From assembly GCA_035084275.1 (NCBI GenBank), contig JAYJKW010000046.1, positions 62,001 to 110,760 of the forward strand: 48,760 nt of DNA, read 5' to 3'. Of the stretch, positions 10,151-22,673 are shown piece by piece. The notes beneath the pieces were generated by a model. The model saw only the letters and a program-made list of their open reading frames with translations. It did no database searches and had not been told where the DNA came from. Source of the DNA: Hydrolagus colliei (lineage: Eukaryota). The position numbers and the translations under genes were made by a program. Position 1 is the stretch's first letter. Each line of letters opens with the position of its first letter.

Positions 10151-10173
10151 TTGAGTGTCGACTCTCCCCACAG

Positions 10174-10559
10174 TCTCCCCAGAACAGCCATCAGTGTATC
10201 TCCTCCTCCCGTCGGCCGAGGAGCTCTCCTCTCACCAATCGGTCACCCTCACGTGCCTGGTGAAGGACTTCGCTCCCGAGGAGATCCTGGTGGAGTGGAC
10301 GGTCAACGGCCTGGCCATGAGCGAGGGCAACTACTCCAACACGGAGGTCATGGGAACCGAGGCCGGACTCAAACACTCCATGTACAGTCTGTTGTCCATC
10401 TCGAACTCCGAGTGGGAGCAGGGGAACACCTACTCCTGTGTGGTCAGACACGAATCCATGGACCAGAAAAAGACCAGATCAATCAACAAGTCCAGCGGTA
10501 AACCCAGTTTCGTAAACCTCTCTCTGGTCCTGATGGACAACGCCAATGGCTGCCAATGA
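10174..10559 (+). CDS. IGHM: Cluster 1 Cmu4 plus secretory tailpiece
   Basis: PSVYLLLP..LTCLVKDFAP..VEW..YSCVVRHE; internal donor G|GTAAA after 10497; tail GKPSFVNLSLVLMDNANGCQ* with N-glycan sequon and penultimate Cys. Confidence 0.96.
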
Positions 10560-10727
10560 CGTGTTTCCCATTGGCTTCACCCGTTGGCTGCTCCTTTTGT
10601 CGGCACCTCTCTCCCCCTACCCCTTACCCTCCCCCTACCCTCCTCTCCGCCCCTCCCCTCCCTCTCCTCCCACCTCCCCCCATCCCTAACCTTGACCAAT
10701 TTGAAGTCATGGAAAGAAAGTAACTCC

Positions 10728-10733
10728 AATAAA
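10728..10733 (+). terminator. Secretory-form poly(A) signal
   Basis: AATAAA about 170 nt after the tailpiece stop; conserved at 24483 and 38268. Confidence 0.8.
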
Positions 10734-12611
10734 AAATCTTTATTGTAAGTTATGAGTCAAGGTCCCAGAGGGGAAGGTTTCATTCAATTAGTAATAATTA
10801 TAATAATAATAATAATCCCGGCGTTTGATATCGCGGCTTTTCACGTCTTCTAGACTGTGTCTCAAAGCGCTTCACAGGATATACCGTAAAGTGTAGTGAC
10901 TGTACATATATTTGTGGGAGAGCGAAACAGCAGCATCCCCCCCCAAACACACCCCTCCCACCCACCACAGCTTTACACACATACTCAGCCACACTCGGAC
11001 ATAGCCAAATAAACACACCGATTCACACACAGACACACTCACACAGAGACACACTCGCACACACACAAACACGCGTTCACCCAAACACTCTCCGATCCAT
11101 CCAGATTGACACACATTCACACACTACTGTTTCCGCATTCCCAGCTCGGGTCACACGCACACACACACACGCGCGCGTGCGCACACAATCACAGAGACTC
11201 ACACTCATTCACACACTCACCCGTACTTTCACACACACTCTCAGCCACCCAGGCTCACACCCACAATACATTCACACCCAAAGGCTCACACACACTCACA
11301 TACGTCTCAACTTACACACAGTCACACACACTGATGTGGACCCATGACCAGCGAGGCTCACACACACACACATACACTCGCACAGACTCACACTCACTCA
11401 CACACTCACCCATACGCTCACAATCAATCTCATCTACCAGGGCCACATGCAATAATACACACAGGCCAATACACACATACTCTCTTGTCCATCCAGATTT
11501 ACAAACATTCACACACACACCCAGCTAGGATCTCACACACACACAGACTCACGATTATGAAAGCTTACACACATCCACACACACTATCAACCATTTCACA
11601 CTCACACACACTCACACCTACTCACAATAACCCAGTCCCCCATACANNNNNNNNNNNNNNNNNNNNNNNNNNNNNNNNNNNNNNNNNNNNNNNNNNNNNN
11701 NNNNNNNNNNNNNNNNNNNNNNNNNNNNNNNNNNNNNNNNNNNNNNNNNNNNNNNNNNNNNNNNNNNNNNNNNNNNNNNACTTCCCAAGCTCGCACATAC
11801 ACACGCACACATACATACAGTCACACCCACACACACAATCATAATCCCCCAGCCCACACAAACACACTCCTGCACTCACACACACACAGTCACTCACACA
11901 CACACTAACACACACACACTCACACACAGACACACACGTCTCCCCCTTTCCCTCCATCGCTGTTACACACACAGAGTAAAGTCAGCGTTTTATTTGAAGT
12001 GAATCTGAAGTGATTTTCGACAATAAACTCCACGTCATTGTTCCCTAAGATACGAAGCTTCACCCCGACTGTGAGGGACAGTGTCTGATCATCTCCCCCC
12101 CCCCCCAACCCCCAAATCAGCCTCACACAACCCACAGGCAGCAAAGTCCTGTAGCTCAGTGGGTTAGAGGCACTCACTCACTCTTACAAGCGTGAGAGGG
12201 AGAGAGAGACCTGGGTTCGAATCCAGGCAGATCAGGTCAGGGGGAGACCTTGGGACAAGTTTCCTTACTCCACACACGCACACGCACAGTCACCACACAT
12301 ACAGTCACCACACACAGACACACTCACACACACAGACACACACTCACACCAAATAATAATACCTTTTTCATAAAATACGGTCATTTTCAACCCACTGTTG
12401 GCTCTGTGTGTGTGTGTGTGGGGGGGGGGGGCTGCCGTGCGCAATCGGCTGCCGATCGCGTTTTGCTCTCCCCACAGATATACACACAGTCACTACACTA
12501 GACAGTCTATCCCGCGAAGCCGATGAGACGCGAGAAGCGGCGACATCAAACGCCAGGATTATTGTTATTAATATTAATATTATTATATATCTCCGGGTTG
12601 TATCCGCACAG

Positions 12612-12742
12612 ATTCCTCAGCCGAGATGACGCTACAGGATTTCTCATCAGATGAAAGTGGCAACCTCTGGCCTACAGCTTCCACCTTCATCATCCTCTTC
12701 TTCCTGAGTATGTTCTACAGCGCCACCGTCACTCTGATTAAG
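12612..12742 (+). CDS. IGHM: Cluster 1 TM1 exon
   Basis: [44 protein letters not shown] with the conserved antigen-receptor TM motif (T..F..LF.LS.FYS..VT); acceptor gcacag, donor gtgagg. Confidence 0.95.
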
Positions 12743-13245
12743 GTGAGGAGACGGCAACTCACGAACGAACAAACGAACGAACGAACGAATGAACGAACGA
12801 ACAAGTGAACTCACTCACTCACTCAGTCGCGAGCAAGCGAGCGAACGAACGAACGAACGACCTCACTCACTCACTCGTGAGCGAGTGAACTCATTCACAA
12901 GTAAACTTACCCACGAGTGAACTCGCTCACTCGCTCGCCTTACAAGCGTGAGTGAGAGACCTGTGGTTCGAACCCAGGCAGGTCAGGTCAGGGCGAAACC
13001 NNNNNNNNNNNNNNNNNNNNNNNNNNNNNNNNNNNNNNNNNNNNNNNNNNNNNNNNNNNNNNNNNNNNNNNNNNNNNNNNNNNNNNNNNNNNNNNNNNNN
13101 NNNNNNNNNNNNNNNNNNNNNNNNNNNNNNNNNNNNNNNNNNNNNNNNNNNNNNNNNNNNNNNNNNNNNNNNNNGGACACAGACACACACACACGAACAC
13201 ACAGAGGCTGAAATTATTAATCATATCTTTCATTTTATTTTCCAG

Positions 13246-13254
13246 GTGAAATGA
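13246..13254 (+). CDS. IGHM: Cluster 1 TM2 exon (VK*)
   Basis: ttttattttccag|GTGAAATGA gives the canonical IgM KVK cytoplasmic tail. Confidence 0.92.
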   Translation: MK

Positions 13255-13556
13255 ATCTCTTCACTTCAGCTTCACGGACGAGCCTCGCGTGTGTGTGTGT
13301 GTCTGTGTGTATATGTGTGTGTCTGTCTATATGTGTGTGTGTCTATGTAGATGTGTGTGTGTGTTGATTGACCGTGCCTCCTGCTGCCCTCCTATCTCTC
13401 CCCCCTTTCCTAGTCTCCCCCAGGGCCCTGCCCTGACTGTCCAGACCCTCGGGACGTCCCCCTGACGTGAGAGGCTCTGTCTGTACCAGTGTGGTTGTAT
13501 TGCTGTTGTCGTTGTTGTCGCCACAGACACTGTCGGCTTGTCGGACTCGAACTCTC

Positions 13557-13562
13557 AATAAA
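13557..13562 (+). terminator. Membrane-form poly(A) signal
   Basis: First AATAAA seen after TM2; conserved at 27264, 41296 and 48. Confidence 0.7.
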
Positions 13563-14823
13563 CGATAGAACTCAGTGAACTGTTGACTCCCTCTCTTTCC
13601 TGTTGCTCGAGCCTCGAGTTCTGTGGGTGTCTTGACGTCTGACTGGGAGCTCCCGCAGCTCAGTGGGTTAGAGCAACGCACTAGCTCGCCTTACAAGCCG
13701 CGAGAGAGAGACCTGGGTTCGAATCCAGGCAGGTCAGGTCAGGGAGAGACTTCGGGACNNNNNNNNNNNNNNNNNNNNNNNNNNNNNNNNNNNNNNNNNN
13801 NNNNNNNNNNNNNNNNNNNNNNNNNNNNNNNNNNNNNNNNNNNNNNNNNNNNNNNNNNNNNNNNNNNNNNNNNNNNNNNNNNNNNNNNNNNNNNNNNNNN
13901 NNNNNNNNNNNNNNNNNNNNNNNNNNNNNNNNNNNNNNNNNNNNNNNNNNNNNNNNGACACCGACACACAACACATGCAGACAGACACACACACACACAC
14001 AAGACACACATACAGACACACACACACACAGACACACACACACAGACACACAAGACACACGCACAGACACACACACATCAAATGCAAGGATTTAACTTGA
14101 TTTAGCTAATGTAATTTTATTTTTTCGCGAGTTTTAAACGGTAGAGACATAATAATAATAAATAATAATAATCCTGGCATTTGGATATCGCGGCTTCTCC
14201 CGTCTTATCGATCGTGTCTCGAAGCGCTTCACAGGATAGACCGTCGAGTGTAGTGACTGTGTGTATGTGTCTGGGGACCCAAATCTGATAATGTAAGAAG
14301 GGCTCAGTTCCTTATCCACAGGAAACACCTGCTCTCTCTGCCACTGAATTAGAGTCTCTGCCTCTTAATACTGAAATGACCTGAAAGCCGACCACTGGAG
14401 ACTGGTTAAAAATACTCCAACAAACAGCTCAAGCTTTCAACACACACACACACACTCACACTTGCACTCAGTCACACACAAATACGCACACATACACTCA
14501 CACAGACACACACACACTCGCACGCACTCACATTCACTCACGCAGACACACACACTCACACACAAACCACATACACACACACACAAATACCCACACACTC
14601 CACACATACTCACACACACACACACTCCACATACACACTCACACGCAAACTCCACACTCACACACGTATACTCACACACACTCAACACACACTCACACGC
14701 AAACTCCACACACACACACACACTCCACACACACACACACACAAATACGCACACACGTATTGGTGGGGGATGGGGGGGGGGGGGGGGGTCAATCCCAGCT
14801 GTGTCATGTGACAAGCCATGGCC

Positions 14824-15195
14824 GATCTACTCTCCCCCTACACGCCCACCCGGACCCTCCGTTCAACAGGACTTGGCCTGCTCCAAGCCCCCCGCCCGAA
14901 CCGCCCCACCATCGGAGGCCGGGCCTTCAGTTTCTCCGCTCCCACCCTATGGAATGCCATCCCTCAATCCCTCCGTTTCGTCTCTTCCCTTTCCTCTTTC
15001 AAGGCCGGTTTGAAGACTTTCCTCTTCGATCGTGCCTTTTGTTCCCCACCCCCTGAACTCTTTTACCTCCCCTTCGTGTTTCACCCCTTCCCAAACACTC
15101 CCCTCTCAGCTCGGGTCACACGCCTCATGTGCAGCGCCTTGGGACGTCCTCCCGACGTGAAAGGCGCTCTATAAATGTAATTTGTTGTTGTTCTT
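14824..15195 (+). mobile_element. 5'-deleted L2 LINE 3' fragment
   Basis: ORF 14818-15174 (DLLSPYTPTRTLRS..IGGRAFSFSAPTLWNAIP..FKAGLKTFLF) plus tail aaaggcgctctataaatgtaatttgttgtt. Confidence 0.85.
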
Positions 15196-17141
15196 GTTGT
15201 GTGTACATGGATATATTTGTGGGAGAGAGAAACGCGGCAGCCGATTGCGCACGGCAGCGTCACCCCCCCGCCCCCCCCCCCCCACACACACACACACACT
15301 CACACACTCACTCATAGATTGAAATGACAGATTTTTTATTATTGGGGTATTTTTGGAGGGATTATTATTAGGCGTGTGTGTGTGTGAGTGATTGTGCGAG
15401 TGTGTCAGTGTGTGTGTGTCTGTGTGTGTGTAGAGTGTGTGTGTGAGTATGTGTAGAGTGTCTGTGTGCATATTTGTGTGTGTGTGTGGGGGGGGGGGGG
15501 TTGTGTGTGAGTATGTGTGTGTGTCCGTGTGAGTGAGTGTGAGTGCGTGCGAGTGTGTGTGTCTGTATGAGTGTGAGTGTGAGTATGTGTATGAGTGTGT
15601 GTGTGTGTGTGGAGGGTGTGTGTGCGTATTTGTGTGTGNNNNNNNNNNNNNNNNNNNNNNNNNNNNNNNNNNNNNNNNNNNNNNNNNNNNNNNNNNNNNN
15701 NNNNNNNNNNNNNNNNNNNNNNNNNNNNNNNNNNNNNNNNNNNNNNNNNNNNNNNNNNNNNNNNNNNNNNGAAATCTCTCGCTGTTTGTTGGAGTATTTT
15801 TAACCAGTCTCCAGTGGTCGGCTTTCAGGTCAGGTCAGTATTAAGAGGCAGAGACTCTAATTCAGTGGCAGAGAGAGCAGGTGTTTCCTGTGGATAAGGA
15901 ACTGAGCCCTTCTCACATCATCAGATTTGGGTCCCCAGCCACATACACACAGTCACTACCCTCTGCGGTCTATCCTGTCAAGCGCTTCGAGACACGGTCG
16001 ATAAGACGGGAGAAGCCGCGATATCTAAACGCCAGGATTATTATTATTTATTAATATTATGTCTCTACCGTTTAAAACTCGTGAAAAAATTAAGTTAAAT
16101 TAGTTAAATAGAATTAAATCCGCTTAATTTCGCTTCACGTTCCATCAAAGCCGGAGTGGTTTTGTGAGGCGGACATACGCGGCTGTGTATGTGTGTGTGT
16201 GTGTCTGTGTGTATGTGTTTATTTGTGTGTACAGTGTATGTATGTTTGAGTGTATGTTTGTAATAATAATCATAATAATAATCCTCGCGTTTGATATCGC
16301 GGCTGATCACCTCTTATCCACGTCTCAAAGCGCTTCACAGAATAGACTGTCAAGTGTAGTGACTGTATATATGTTTTGTGGGGAGAGCGAAACGCGATCG
16401 GCAGCCGATTGCACACAGCAGCGTCCCCCCCCCCCCCCCACCCCCACACACACAGCCAACAGTGGGTTGAAAATGACTGATTTTTATTATTTTATTTTTA
16501 TTATAGTGGGTTTGTTTTTGGAGGCATTATTATTAGGCGTGTGTGTGTCTGTGTGTGTGTCTCTCTCTTTGTGAGTGTGTGTTTGTGTGGAGTAAGGAAA
16601 CTTGCCCAAGCTTTTGCCCTGACCTGACATGATCTGCCTGGATTTGAAACACACAGATCTCTCATGCTTGCAAGGCATGCGAGCGAGCGAGAGAGAGAGA
16701 GCAAGAGAGAGAGAGAGAGAGAGCAAGAGAGAGAGAGACAGCAAGAGAGAGAGCGAGTGAGTGAGCGAGTGCTCTAACCACCGAGCCACAGAAAGCTCCC
16801 ACTATTGACACTCGTATTAATTAATATGAACTTTGCTGCCGTCCAGGCAGAAGGTAAATTAATGATCAGTGCGGGGGTCAGAGGGAATGTGAGGTGTGAC
16901 CCTGCCCCCCCCGCACCTCCTTCACCCCCCTCCCCCTCCCTCCGCCCCCCCCTCCCTTGCTCCCCAATCAATCCGGATACCTCATTGGTCCGTTCCCCAG
17001 ACACCTGGCCTCGTCCCCCCTCGTTAAATAGCAGCTCTGTGTGTAACAGACCCCATCTGTCCACCCGACAGCTGTCTGTCTCTCGGCTGTTGTGGCTCAA
17101 ACAAACAGGGCGTCAAACTCTGATACTTTGTCTGGGAAGCC

Positions 17142-17187
17142 ATGAGTTCCCTGATATCTCTCAGCCTCTTGCTGGCTCTCTTCTCAT
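17142..17187 (+). CDS. IGHV: Cluster 2 VH leader exon (MSSLISLSLLLALFS)
   Basis: 46-nt signal exon, donor gtgagt. Confidence 0.92.
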
Positions 17188-17356
17188 GTGAGTCGGCGTT
17201 CGTCCTACCCTAGTCTCGCTGTTTTCGCGTGCGTCCGTGTGTCTCTCTCTGACTCTCTCTCTGTCTCTGTCTCCGTCTCTCTCTCTGTCTCCGCGTCCAC
17301 GGATCTCGGTTCTCGCCGTAATTAACCTCGGGTCCCGTTTTTCTCGTTTCTCGCAG

Positions 17357-17662
17357 GCGTCCAGGGCGCTGTGGTGCTGACACAGCCGGCGACTCTAACC
17401 GGGAAGCCTGGCACGGCCGTGAGACTCACCTGTAAAACCAGCGGGTTCGATCTCAGCAGCAACAGCATGAGCTGGGTCAGGCAGGTTCCTGGGAAAGGCT
17501 TGGAATGGCTCCTGTGGTATTACAGCTCAAGCATCAATGCTTACGCGCCCGGCATTGAAAGCCGTGTCACTGTCATCAAAGAGGATTCCAACAACATCTT
17601 CGATCTGATCATCAACAGTCCGACAGTTCACGACACCGCCATATATTACTGTGCCAGAGAGT
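17357..17662 (+). CDS. IGHV: Cluster 2 VH exon, unrearranged, open frame
   Basis: ORF 17371-17670; RSS CACAGTG 17663-17669, 23 nt, ACAAATACT 17693-17701. Confidence 0.97.
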
Positions 17663-18319
17663 CACAGTGAGAGGAACCTGGGCTGGCCTCCTACAAATAC
17701 TCACACAAGCGAAGAGAGGTCCCACCCTCGACTGAGTGACTGACTGACTGACTGGGGGAAGTCAAGTCATGGTGTCAACACTGTGTCTGCAGCACAGAAA
17801 GGAAGGACGGGGGGGGGAAACACGGGCATCGAATTGGAATGGATTCCTCGTCTCATTCCCCAAACCGAGACAGTGACCGGCGGTTCGATGGAGGGGAGTG
17901 AGGAGGGGAGTGAGTGAACGAGCTGCCTGTCTGTGTTGCGATTTCCCGCCATTTCAGCCGGTAAGTGACTGTGTGGTTGTTCAGGACTGAGGTTGGATTG
18001 CGTCCCCCCCCCCCCCCCCCCCCCACACACACAGACATTTTCATCCCACAGTTGGCTGTGTGTGGGGGACGCTGCCGCGTTTCGCTCTCCCACAAACACA
18101 CAGTTAATTCACTTTACAGTATTTCCTGTGAAATCCTGCTTTGAGACACAGTCTGGAAGACGTGAAAAATATCGACATCAAATAGAAGAATTATTATTAT
18201 TATTATTATCATCTGAGACTCTGTCCGGCATTAAAATAGCCCATTTCAGTGACTTTTGGCAGCCAGTGTAGAGAGAGCAGAGACCGAGGCCAGTATTTGT
18301 ATGGGACTGTATCACTGTG

Positions 18320-18331
18320 TATATACTGGGT
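18320..18331 (+). other. IGHD: Cluster 2 DH1 (TATATACTGGGT), 12/22 RSS
   Basis: AGTATTTGT 18292, CACTGTG 18313; CACAATG 18332, 22 nt, ACAAAAACC 18361. Confidence 0.93.
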
Positions 18332-18634
18332 CACAATGCTACATACAGCCACTTCCTCATACAAAAACCTCAGCCACAGACTCCGCAAGCCACTGTCCTC
18401 ACAGCTACAGTCACAGCGGCCGATGGCGCACGGCAGCGTCCCCCACACACAGCCAACGTTGGGTTGAAAACGGCCCATTTTATTATTATTGTGTGTGTTT
18501 TCTCGGAGGGATTGTTATCGGGCGCGTGTGTGTGTAGAGTCTGTGGGAGGGAGGGAGGGTTGTCGGAAACGCCAGGACAGTATTTGTGGGTTCAGCCTGA
18601 GCCTGAGGTTTGTGTCACAGTGTGTATCACTGTG

Positions 18635-18644
18635 TAACTGGAGT
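18635..18644 (+). other. IGHD: Cluster 2 DH2 (TAACTGGAGT), 12/12 RSS
   Basis: GGTTTGTGT 18607, CACTGTG 18628; CACAGCG 18645, 12 nt, ACAAAAACC 18664. Confidence 0.93.
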
Positions 18645-19084
18645 CACAGCGTTAACTGTCAATACAAAAACCCTCCAACAGCAAAACCTACTCAATCTCT
18701 CCCACCGCCGGCTTGTGAGGGTCCCAATTAACGCTCGGAGAGTTGACGTGTGTATGAGGAGACCCACCACTGAGGAATTTTCAGCCGATTTGACTTAAAA
18801 ACACATGAAACGTCGTATTTTGAATCTCAAATCCGTGGGCGACAATCGCAATGGGGGCTGTTTTGTTGTCGGGAACACAGCAAGACACAGGCGTTTAACA
18901 ACAGGCGAACGCAGATTATTCTGTGCGTTTGTTGTTGTTGTTGGTGTTGGGAACATGACAGAGAGAGACGGTTCCCTGCGTTTTGTTTTTGGGGGAATAT
19001 ACCATTTGGAATAACAGATTGTTTGTGTGACCTGTCCTCACAGCAAGTTATTGTAGTGAGCAGACCACTGACTGAGGCACTGTG

Positions 19085-19132
19085 ACTATCTTGACTACTG
19101 GGGACAAGGGACCATGCTGACAGTGACTGACG
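19085..19132 (+). CDS. IGHJ: Cluster 2 JH (YLDYWGQGTMLTVTD)
   Basis: AGTTATTGT 19046, 23 nt, CACTGTG 19078; donor gtaaga. Confidence 0.96.
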
Positions 19133-19469
19133 GTAAGAAACAATTGCGAACGAGCGAAAGAAAGAACGCGCTCACTCACTCACTCAATAATAATCCGTCC
19201 AAAAAAAAAATTCCCACTGAAATAAAATTGGTTATTTTCAATCCACGGCTATTTGTAGGGAAGCTGCTGTGCGCAATTGGCTGCCGTGTTCGTCTCTCCC
19301 ACAAAATATATTGTCAATTCAGTGTATTCTGTGCAGAGCTTTTGAGACGTTGATAAAATGTGAAAAGCTCGCAGTCAAATGCAATGATTATTATTTAATG
19401 TTTGATATTTAATGTTTAATGTGTACGGTTTAGAGTTTAAATTTGAAAGTTCAGCATGTAGCATGTAGA

Positions 19470-19770
19470 AAGTAATATTTAAAATTAAAAAATGTAACTT
19501 TTAAAATGGAAAATTTTAATTTTAAAATGGAAAATTTTAATTTTAAAATGGAAAAAAATAATTTTTAATTTTTAATTTTTAATTTTTAATTTTTAATTTT
19601 TATTTTTTAATTTTTAATTTACAATTTACAATTTACAATTTACAATTTACAATTTACAATTTTTACAATTTTTACAATTTTTACATTGTACATTGTACAT
19701 TGTACATTGTACATTGTACATTGTACATTGTACATTTTAAATTTTAAATTTTAAAATTGAAATTTAATGT
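19470..19770. repeat. AT-rich 7-bp-period compound tandem array
   Basis: 21-mer repeat, then (AATTTTT)n, (AATTTAC)n, (CATTGTA)n and (TTTTAAA)n. Confidence 0.9.
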
Positions 19771-21566
19771 CACATGTTACATGTAAAATTTATATGAATT
19801 ATTTCATTATAATTATATTATTAGTATTATTGCTGGTATATTTTCGGTGGTTAGTGACTCCACCGCTGAAGTCACACTGACAGACTTCCTGCGATGTCTG
19901 ATCGTGGTGATGCCGGCTGCTGATTGTGGGGGTACGATGGGGTCGGGAATTGTATAAATACGTTTGAAACTTTTGCCGCGTGTGGGAATCAGGGCCTGAA
20001 TGTTGTGGGATGAGCGAGTGGCAGCCTGTCTGATCGGTTCCAATCTGAATTTCAATCGTTTGGTTAGTAGGAAGGAAAGAGGCTCGACCGGGGGAGAGGG
20101 GGGGAGACTGGGGTGGTGTGGGGGAGACTGAGAGTCAAGTGGGTTTACACTGCTGGGATGTCATTGCAAATACAGTCACTAAAACTGCTTGGATATTACA
20201 ATAATATAATAATTTTAACATCTTATCGACTGTGTCTCAAAGCGCTTCACAGAATAGACTGTCAAGTGTAGTGACTGTATATTTGTGGGAGAGTGAAACA
20301 CGGCAGCCAATTGCGCACACACAGCCGTGGATTGAAAATCACAATTTTTATTGTTGTGGTTTCTTTTGGAGGGATGACTATAGGTGTCTGTGTCTGTGTG
20401 TGTGTGGAGCAAGCAAACTTGGCCCCAGGTCTCGCCCTGACCTGATCTGCCCGGATTCGAACACAGGTCTTGCGCTTGCGAGGCGAGTGAGTGTCTCTAA
20501 CCACTGAGCTTCAGGAGCTCAGAATTTCATTTCAATTTGATTTTCACGGCAATTGAGTGAGGCTTCCTCACAGCGCACAGTAGACACTAGAGGTCGTTGC
20601 TGCTCTACAATCATCTGGTTCCTGTTTCACACCAACTGATCGGCGGAGAAAACACACACAGATCTGATTTCAATCGAACACACAGCGTAAACTCTGTATA
20701 AGAGATCCAGGTGTTAGTAATGAGAACATTCCTTGCGTTAGACGTGGCGGCTTTTCACATCCGATCGACTGTGTCTCAAAGCGCTTCACAGAACAGACTG
20801 TCAATTGAAGTGACTGTACGTTTGTGGGCGAAACGCAGATTGAAGGCTCCATGTTGTGACGTGGAAGGACAGAGTGTGAGCTGGCTGGCCAGTCACCGAG
20901 AGCGAGAGAAAGGGACAGAGAGAGAGAGAGAGAGAGAGGGAGATAGAGCATCAGGCTGAGAGAAGGGGAGTGTTGAGTAACCTGTGGGTTATTCGACGGA
21001 AACAGTTTGCGTTTGAGATGTCAGGGTTCAGGCTGTGATTGAGTGTGAGACCTGATTAGAAGAATCAGAGGTGATCTTATAGAAACCTATCAGATTATTA
21101 AGGGGCATTGACACAGTAGACAGTGGGAGACTGTCTCCCTTGGTTGGAGAAACCATAACTAGAGGATCACAGTCTGAAGATGAGGGGTCAGCCTTTTCAC
21201 ACTGAGTTGAGGAAAAACATCTTCACTCAAGAGGATAGTCAATGGATGGAATTCTCTACCCCAAAGGCCTATCGATACTCAGTCAGTCCCTCGACATACT
21301 TAAGACGGAGATTGATGAGATTTCTTGAGGATAAAGGGATTAAGAGGAGATGGGAACAAGGCGGAGGGTGGGGGGAGTTAGATTAGAAGATCAGCCGTGA
21401 TCTTATTGAATGGCAGGGCGGGCTCGAGGGGCTGAATGGCCTACTCCTGTGTGTGTATTGACGCGTGTGGCAGGTCTCGTCCAGTGTATCTGTGGCGTCT
21501 GACCCAATTGGACAAGAGCGGAAACCTGGTGGGCGGGGTCTAACTTTGCTCTCTTCGCGTTTCCAG

Positions 21567-21875
21567 ACACCCCTAGAGCTCCCAGTCTTTACGCCCTCCA
21601 GCCCACCTGCGGGTCGCCCCCCCTCGAAGGCCAACTCACGTTCGGGTGTCTGGCCGCCGACTACTCCCCCGAGCCGGCCACTTTCAGCTGGACCTCCAAT
21701 GGACATCCCATCACCAACGAAGGCCAAGTCAAGAGTTACCCCCCAGTGCTAAACAAGGCCGGTTTCTACACAGCCAGCAGCCAGCTGACCATCCAGGCAT
21801 CTCAGGTGGACATCTCCAATCTCGGTTGTCAGGTCAAAAGCAGCAGCTGGTCAGGCGAGAATATCATTTTCCCAG
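21567..21875 (+). CDS. IGHM: Cluster 2 Cmu1 exon
   Basis: Matches 7812-8120 at offset 13755. Confidence 0.92.
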
Positions 21876-22340
21876 GTTAGTTTTGTGTTCACAAAGGTAC
21901 AGAGACAATCAGACAACAACAACACCAACATTACCCCTGTGTAGAGCCTTTCACGCGAGGCTTGAGGGGCTGAATGGCCTACTTCTGCTCCTAGTGCTTA
22001 TGCTCGTATGACGTTGAGCCTAATGGGCCAGCCTTTCCATCCGTCCACCGCCCCCCAATCTCTGGAACTCCATCCCTCAGTCCCTCCGCCTAGCTCCCTC
22101 CCTCCCTCTCTCCATCCCTCTCTCCCTCCCTGGCCTCCTTCAAGTCTCGCCTCAAGACCCTCCTCTTCGATGCGCCCATCGGCAAATCCTAATCTCCCCA
22201 CACCACACCCCCTCCCCACCCGCCCGCACCCCCCACCCCCCACACCCCACCCCATCACATTGTCCTCCGCCTTGGGACGTCCTCCTGACGTGAAAGTCCC
22301 CGTCTGTGCGTATCTAATTTTGTCCTTGTTGTTGTCGCAG

Positions 22341-22673
22341 TTGTAGACCCGCCGCCACCGTCCTCGCCCCCAGTTGTGCTCCTCACACAGACGTCCCCAG
22401 AAGACATCGCCTTCGCCAACCAGGCCACCCTTCTCTGCTCAGTCTCTGGCTTCAGTCCGGACAAGCTCAGGGTTGACTGGCTGAAGGACGGGAAGGCCTT
22501 GGCCTCAGGCTTCAAGAGCTCCCCTTCGCTCAATGACAATGGGACCTTCAGTACTGACAGCCGGCTGATCATCCCAGCCACAGCCTGGACGAAAGACATG
22601 GTTTATTCCTGCAAAGTCACCCATGACCCCTCCCAGACCCTCATCATCAGGAACATCACCAATTGGAGCCCAG
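22341..22673 (+). CDS. IGHM: Cluster 2 Cmu2 exon
   Basis: ORF 22376 is identical to the cluster 1 Cmu2 ORF; same splice sites. Confidence 0.92.

Noticed and set aside
3581-13254. Assignment as IgNAR, IgW or a germline-joined gene
   Set aside because: V has canonical FR2 and full CDR2; there are four C domains with an IgM tailpiece and KVK tail; V, D1, D2 and J are separate with RSSs.
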